Assembly (NCBI RefSeq): GCF_004010195.1
Contig: NW_025214961.1
Coordinates: 1 to 56,355, forward strand
Direction: 5' to 3'
DNA length: 56,355 nt
From: Chiloscyllium plagiosum
Lineage: Eukaryota
In this document: piece after piece, positions 51,862 to 56,355 of the stretch
Position numbering within the stretch: the first letter of the stretch is position 1
Layout of the letters: each line of letters opens with the position of its first letter
Program-made: the position numbers and the translations under genes
Notes under the pieces: generated by a model
What the model was told of the DNA's origin: nothing
Seen by the model: the letters and a program-made list of their open reading frames with translations, nothing else
Database searches by the model: none

Positions 51862-52232
51862 TGAAGAAATTAGACTGGGGGCAGTTGTTTGAGGGTAAAT
51901 CCACATGTGACATGTAAGGAGTCTTTTAAAGGCCAGTTGATCAGGGCCATCATGATCCTGTGAAGTTGAAGGCAATAACCAAAATGGGAAAAGGGTACTG
52001 AATTGGATGATCAGCTGTGATGGTTTTGAATGGTGAATCAAGCTTAATGAACTGGGTAAGACTGGTCCTCGTGTGAAAGTGCTTAATTAGGGGAAGGCTA
52101 ATTACAACAGTATTAAACAGAAACTGAAGAAAGTAGACTGGGGGCAGTTGTTTGAAGGTAAATCCACATGTGACATGTAGGAGTCTTTTAAAGGCCAGTT
52201 GATCAGGGCCATCATGATCCTGTGAAGTTGAA
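51862..52232 (+). repeat. ~108 bp near-identical direct repeat (51862-51970 and 52125-52232)
   Basis: TGAAGAAA.TAGACTGGGGGCAGTTGTTTGA...GATCCTGTGAAGTTGAA occurs twice. Confidence 0.9.
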
Positions 52233-54400
52233 AGATAAGGATGGTAAAATTCAGGAACCCAGGATGACAAAAGTTATTCAAAAAGGAAGCATATGCAAGA
52301 TTTAGGAAATTAAAATTAAACAAGGCTCAAGTCTCAAGCAAACAGGAAAGAACTGAAACAAGAAATTAGGAGAGCTAAAAAGGTGCTATGAAATGTCCTT
52401 GGCGGGTAGGATTGAAGAGAATCCGAAGGCATTTTACATATATATAAGGAGCAAGAGGGTAGCTAGGGACAGGATAGATTTACGCAAGGACAGAGGAAGG
52501 AATTAGTGTGGAGCCAGAGAAGTGGGCAAGGTCCTTCATGAATGCTTTGCATCAGTATTCATCAAGGAGAAAGTCATGGATGGTGGTAACATTAGGCAGA
52601 GGTACGTTGATATTCTTGGGCATGTAGACATTAAGGAGGTGGTCTTGGGTGTCTTGAAAAACATTAATGTAGGTAAGTGCCCAGGTCCTGATAGGATCTA
52701 TCCCAGGATACTGAGGGAGGCAAGAAAGGAGATTGCTAAGACCTTGTCAGAGAACTTTGCATCCTCTTTAATCACAGACAAGGTACCAGAAGATTGGAGA
52801 ATAGCCAATATGGTTCTTTTGTTTAAAAAGGGCAACTCGTAATCAGGAAATTATAGGCTGTTAAGTCTTACATCAGTGGTAGGGAAATTATTGGAGAAGG
52901 TTCTTAGGGACAGGAATTTACTTGGCATTTGGAAAAGAATGGGCTTATTAGGGATAATTAACATGGCTTTGTGTGGGGGAGATCTTGTGTATCAAATTTG
53001 TTTTTAGTTTATTTGAAGAAGTGACGAAGATGATTGTGGTAGGGTAGTGGATGTTGTCTAAATGGACTTTATTAAAGCATTTGACAAGGTCTTAATGGCA
53101 GGCTGGTCCGGAAGGTCAAGCCACTATGAGTTGGTAGGTTGGGCAAAAATTGGCTTGGTCAAGTAAGAGAGATGGTAGTTGTGGAGGGGTGTTTTTCTGA
53201 CTGGAGGTCTATGACCAGTGGTGTCTGTAAGGATCAGTGCTGGGGCCTGTGTTATTTGTAATATAAGTAAATGATTTGGGTGAAAGTGTAGGTGATCTGA
53301 TTTATTAAGTTTGCAAAATCAGTGGAGTTGTGGATAGTGAGGAAGGTTGTCAAAGAATACAGCAAGATATAGATCAGTTGGAAAGTTGGGCAGAAAATGG
53401 AAGATGGAGTTTAATCTGGACGAGTGTGTGATGTATTTTGGGAGGTCAAATGTAAAAGGAAAATTTACAGTAAATGGCAGGATCCTTAGGAGCATTGATA
53501 TACAGAGATCTTGGGACACAAGTTCACAGCTCTCTGAAAGTAGCAACACAAGTAGATAAGATGATAAACGAGCCATGCGACATGCTTGCCTTCATCAGTC
53601 AGGGCTGTGAATATAAAAGTTGGCAAGTTATGTTGCAACTGTATAAAACTTCAGGCCACATTTAGAGTATTGTATGAAATGCTGGTTACCATGCTCTAGG
53701 AAGGATGTGGAAGCTGTGGAGAGGTTAGAAAAGGGGTTTATCAGGGTATTGGAAACAAAAATAGAAATTGCTGGAAAAGTTCATGTCTGGCAGCATCTGT
53801 AAAGAGAAATCAGAGTTAATGTTTCGCGTCTGGTGACCCTCAGATCTGCAGTTCTGATTTCTCTTCACAGATGCTGCCAGACCTGCTGAGCATTTCCAGC
53901 AACATCTGTTTTCTCTTTCTGATTTACAACGCCTACAGTTCTTTCGGTTTTTATCAGAATATTGTGTGGACTGGATTGATTACTTATAAGGAGAGGTTGG
54001 ATAAAGTTGGATTGTTTTTGCTAGAGTGTCAGAGGCTGAGGCATGACCTGATAGAATTGTATAAAATTATGAGAGACATGGATAGGATGGATAGTCAAAA
54101 GTCTTTTTCTTAGGATGGATATGTCATACTAGGGGTATAAGTTTAAGGTTGGGGGGAAGTTTAAAAGGGGTGTGAGAGCCAAGTTATTTTACACACAGGG
54201 CCTAGAATGTGCTAGGGGAGGTTGCTAACATATCTGCTTTTGCTATGTTTGAGGAATTTAGACAGATACATGGATAGGCAGAGAATAGAGGGATATGGAC
54301 CCTATGCAGGCAGATGAATTAGTTTTGAACGATGTCATGGTCAACGCAGAAGTGGTGGGCCAAGGGCCTCTTCCCTGTGCCTTACTGTTCTACGTTTTAA
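51870..54400 (+). mobile_element. Decayed CR1 LINE ORF2, with a fold-back insertion at 53752-53949
   Basis: KCPGPDRIYPRILREA..VPEDWRIANMVLLFKKG (52522), KWKMEFNLDEC (53347). Confidence 0.85.
53752..53949 (+). mobile_element. Fold-back element of the 30097 family, 15 bp TSD with 2 mismatches
   Basis: TTTATCAG(GG/AA)TATTG at 53737-53751 and 53950-53964; arms around a degenerate hammerhead-like centre. Confidence 0.7.
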
Positions 54401-56355
54401 TGGTGAAGCCATTAAAATTGGGGATGCTAGAGGGTAAATATGTTAGAGTGTTATGGAATTGAAGGTAATTACAAAGATAGGGAGGGATGGACCATAGGAT
54501 GACTTGGAAATAAGAATAAGGGTTTTAAAATCAAGAGACTACTTGACTGGGAGTAGATTTAGATCTGTTTGAATGGCCTTAAGTTTATGAGAATAGAATT
54601 TGGAAACCAGCTAGTTAAGCTTTGGAACGGTTGTGTCTAGAGACAGCAAGACTGTAAATGAGGCTATCAGCAACAGTTAAGTTGGACAAAGATACTGAAG
54701 TGGTGATGGGTGGTCATAATGATGGTTTGATCATGATATTGGAAGCTCATCTCAGGATCTTATTATGGTACCATGGTTGCAAACAATAACTTAATCGCAA
54801 ACCGTTGCCAGGAGAAGCAAGGAATGCATTTGAGACAAATAGTGACAATTCAGTGCAGGAATTTAAGTAATAGCTTCACGTTTATGAATTTGTCTGAATT
54901 TCTCCTGATCCAAGATTGGATATCTGATAATTGGTCTGATAATCCATCAACAAGTGAACATCAAGAGGTAAGCAAGGTAGAGCTAGGTGTCATCAACATA
55001 TACATTAAAAAAATTAAAGCTGTGCTTTTGGGTGAACTTGAGTGCCAAGTGTAGGTTAAATTATACAATAAACCACTGTGTGTTGTGTCTCTAAATCTAG
55101 GGTGTTTCTTAATGTTAGTCCCTTCTAAACTCGTGGACCATCCCAGTCTCTCCCTCACGAACACTTTACCAGATTTAAATATGCAATTAAATGGGGTTCT
55201 TCACTCTCTTAACTCTGCACGACTTTCAGACTGGTTTGAGGAAGAGAAGCAAGAGCTATTGTGTATTGTTATCTGCGCATCAAAACCAAAATAAAATTTC
55301 CTAAAGTTGTGCATATCTGGATTTTATTTCCGTTCTAGATTTTTTTTTTAGAACATTTTTGGTACACATCATATGGTAAAGAGGTTTACTCAGTAGTTTG
55401 ATTATATTGACATGCTGGTATAATTCTACCACATTATTGAAAGTACTGTTACAATCCAATGAGGAAGGGTAGAATGCCTTCCCTCTCTTCTTGCTCCTTG
55501 TTTGACTGCAATAGGTTTTCTTTTATATTTGCCAATTCAGGTGAGTGTTTTAAGTGTATGTGTTGTGACTATAAAAGACACAGACTCCTTGTTTTTAAAG
55601 AGAATAGAAAATTGTACTTGATAAAAACGCAGCAACTTTCACATTCACTTTTAAATTCATGCACTCATTGATAGATTACAGAGTGGGAAGATAAACATTT
55701 TAAAATTTGGTAGAATGCATATCGTTCTTGAAAATTTGTGTAACTCATAGCTTCAGACTTTAGTCAGGTATTCTGACTTTGGCTGAGAGTCAGTTTAAAA
55801 GTGTGAACATTGATTTCTTACATTTTTGGGACTAGACACTGCTTTGGAGTTTTTTTAATAAAGATTTTCGCATCTTCAATATTTCTTTGCTTGTGCTTGT
55901 GCTTGTCTTCAGAGAAAATGGTTTCTTAAACACATAGCTTACTTCTTCCAAGACTGTTTCCAATGGACCATTTAACCTCAGTGTTATAACTGGATACCAG
56001 GTGTATGGCTTACATAACTAGATGTTATTTGAACAAACGCCTTTCAGAGCCAGAGACCTATTGCCACTTGATTATGTATAAAGGTGCGTCTCGACTCAGT
56101 TAAGTCTGCAGGTGATTGTCTGGATGTTTTGCTAATAGAATAGGAGATGGCCTACATTGATACTCATCAGCAGGAACAATTTCTCGAAGGCTCTGTAGAC
56201 AGGTTGTCTCCATTTCGGCGGCTATGGAATGTTTAAGATACAGAGGTGCAAATACTTGACCACCTTTAAGATTTCAAGCCAATGTTTTTAATTCAACGAG
56301 ATGGAATTTAATTTAGATAAATGTGAGGTACTGCATTTTGGGAAAGCAAATCTTA

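Noticed and set aside
49938..56355. Remaining ZC3H14 zinc-finger exons
   Set aside because: No FPNCKF-like exon found; presumably beyond the window, not evidence of pseudogenisation

Overview
Vertebrate genomic DNA, almost certainly an elasmobranch (shark), judged by HE1-type V-SINEs and HER1/CR1 LINE debris. It holds the 5' part of the + strand gene ZC3H14 (nuclear poly(A)-binding CCCH zinc-finger protein, Nab2 orthologue): a CpG-island promoter (~7260-8170) and 12 GT-AG coding exons (7464-49937) running from MEIGTEISRKIR through the PWI-like domain to the first CCCH finger. The remaining exons lie beyond the window. Introns and upstream DNA are mostly decayed transposons: CR1/HER1, L2-like, an L1-clade fragment, a Gypsy remnant, a solo LTR and SINEs. 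Main observations: (i) about ten short, mostly fold-back insertions, several with 13-16 bp target-site duplications, that look like termini of Penelope-like elements and carry minimal hammerhead ribozyme motifs in at least three sequence families, one family tied to a 1.1 kb RT-thumb/GIY-YIG relic in intron 1; (ii) an eight-unit 10-aa tandem repeat inside ZC3H14 exon 6; (iii) inverted SINE pairs flanking exons 7-9. Exon boundaries were read by hand against the remembered human protein; repeat boundaries are approximate and no searches were run.
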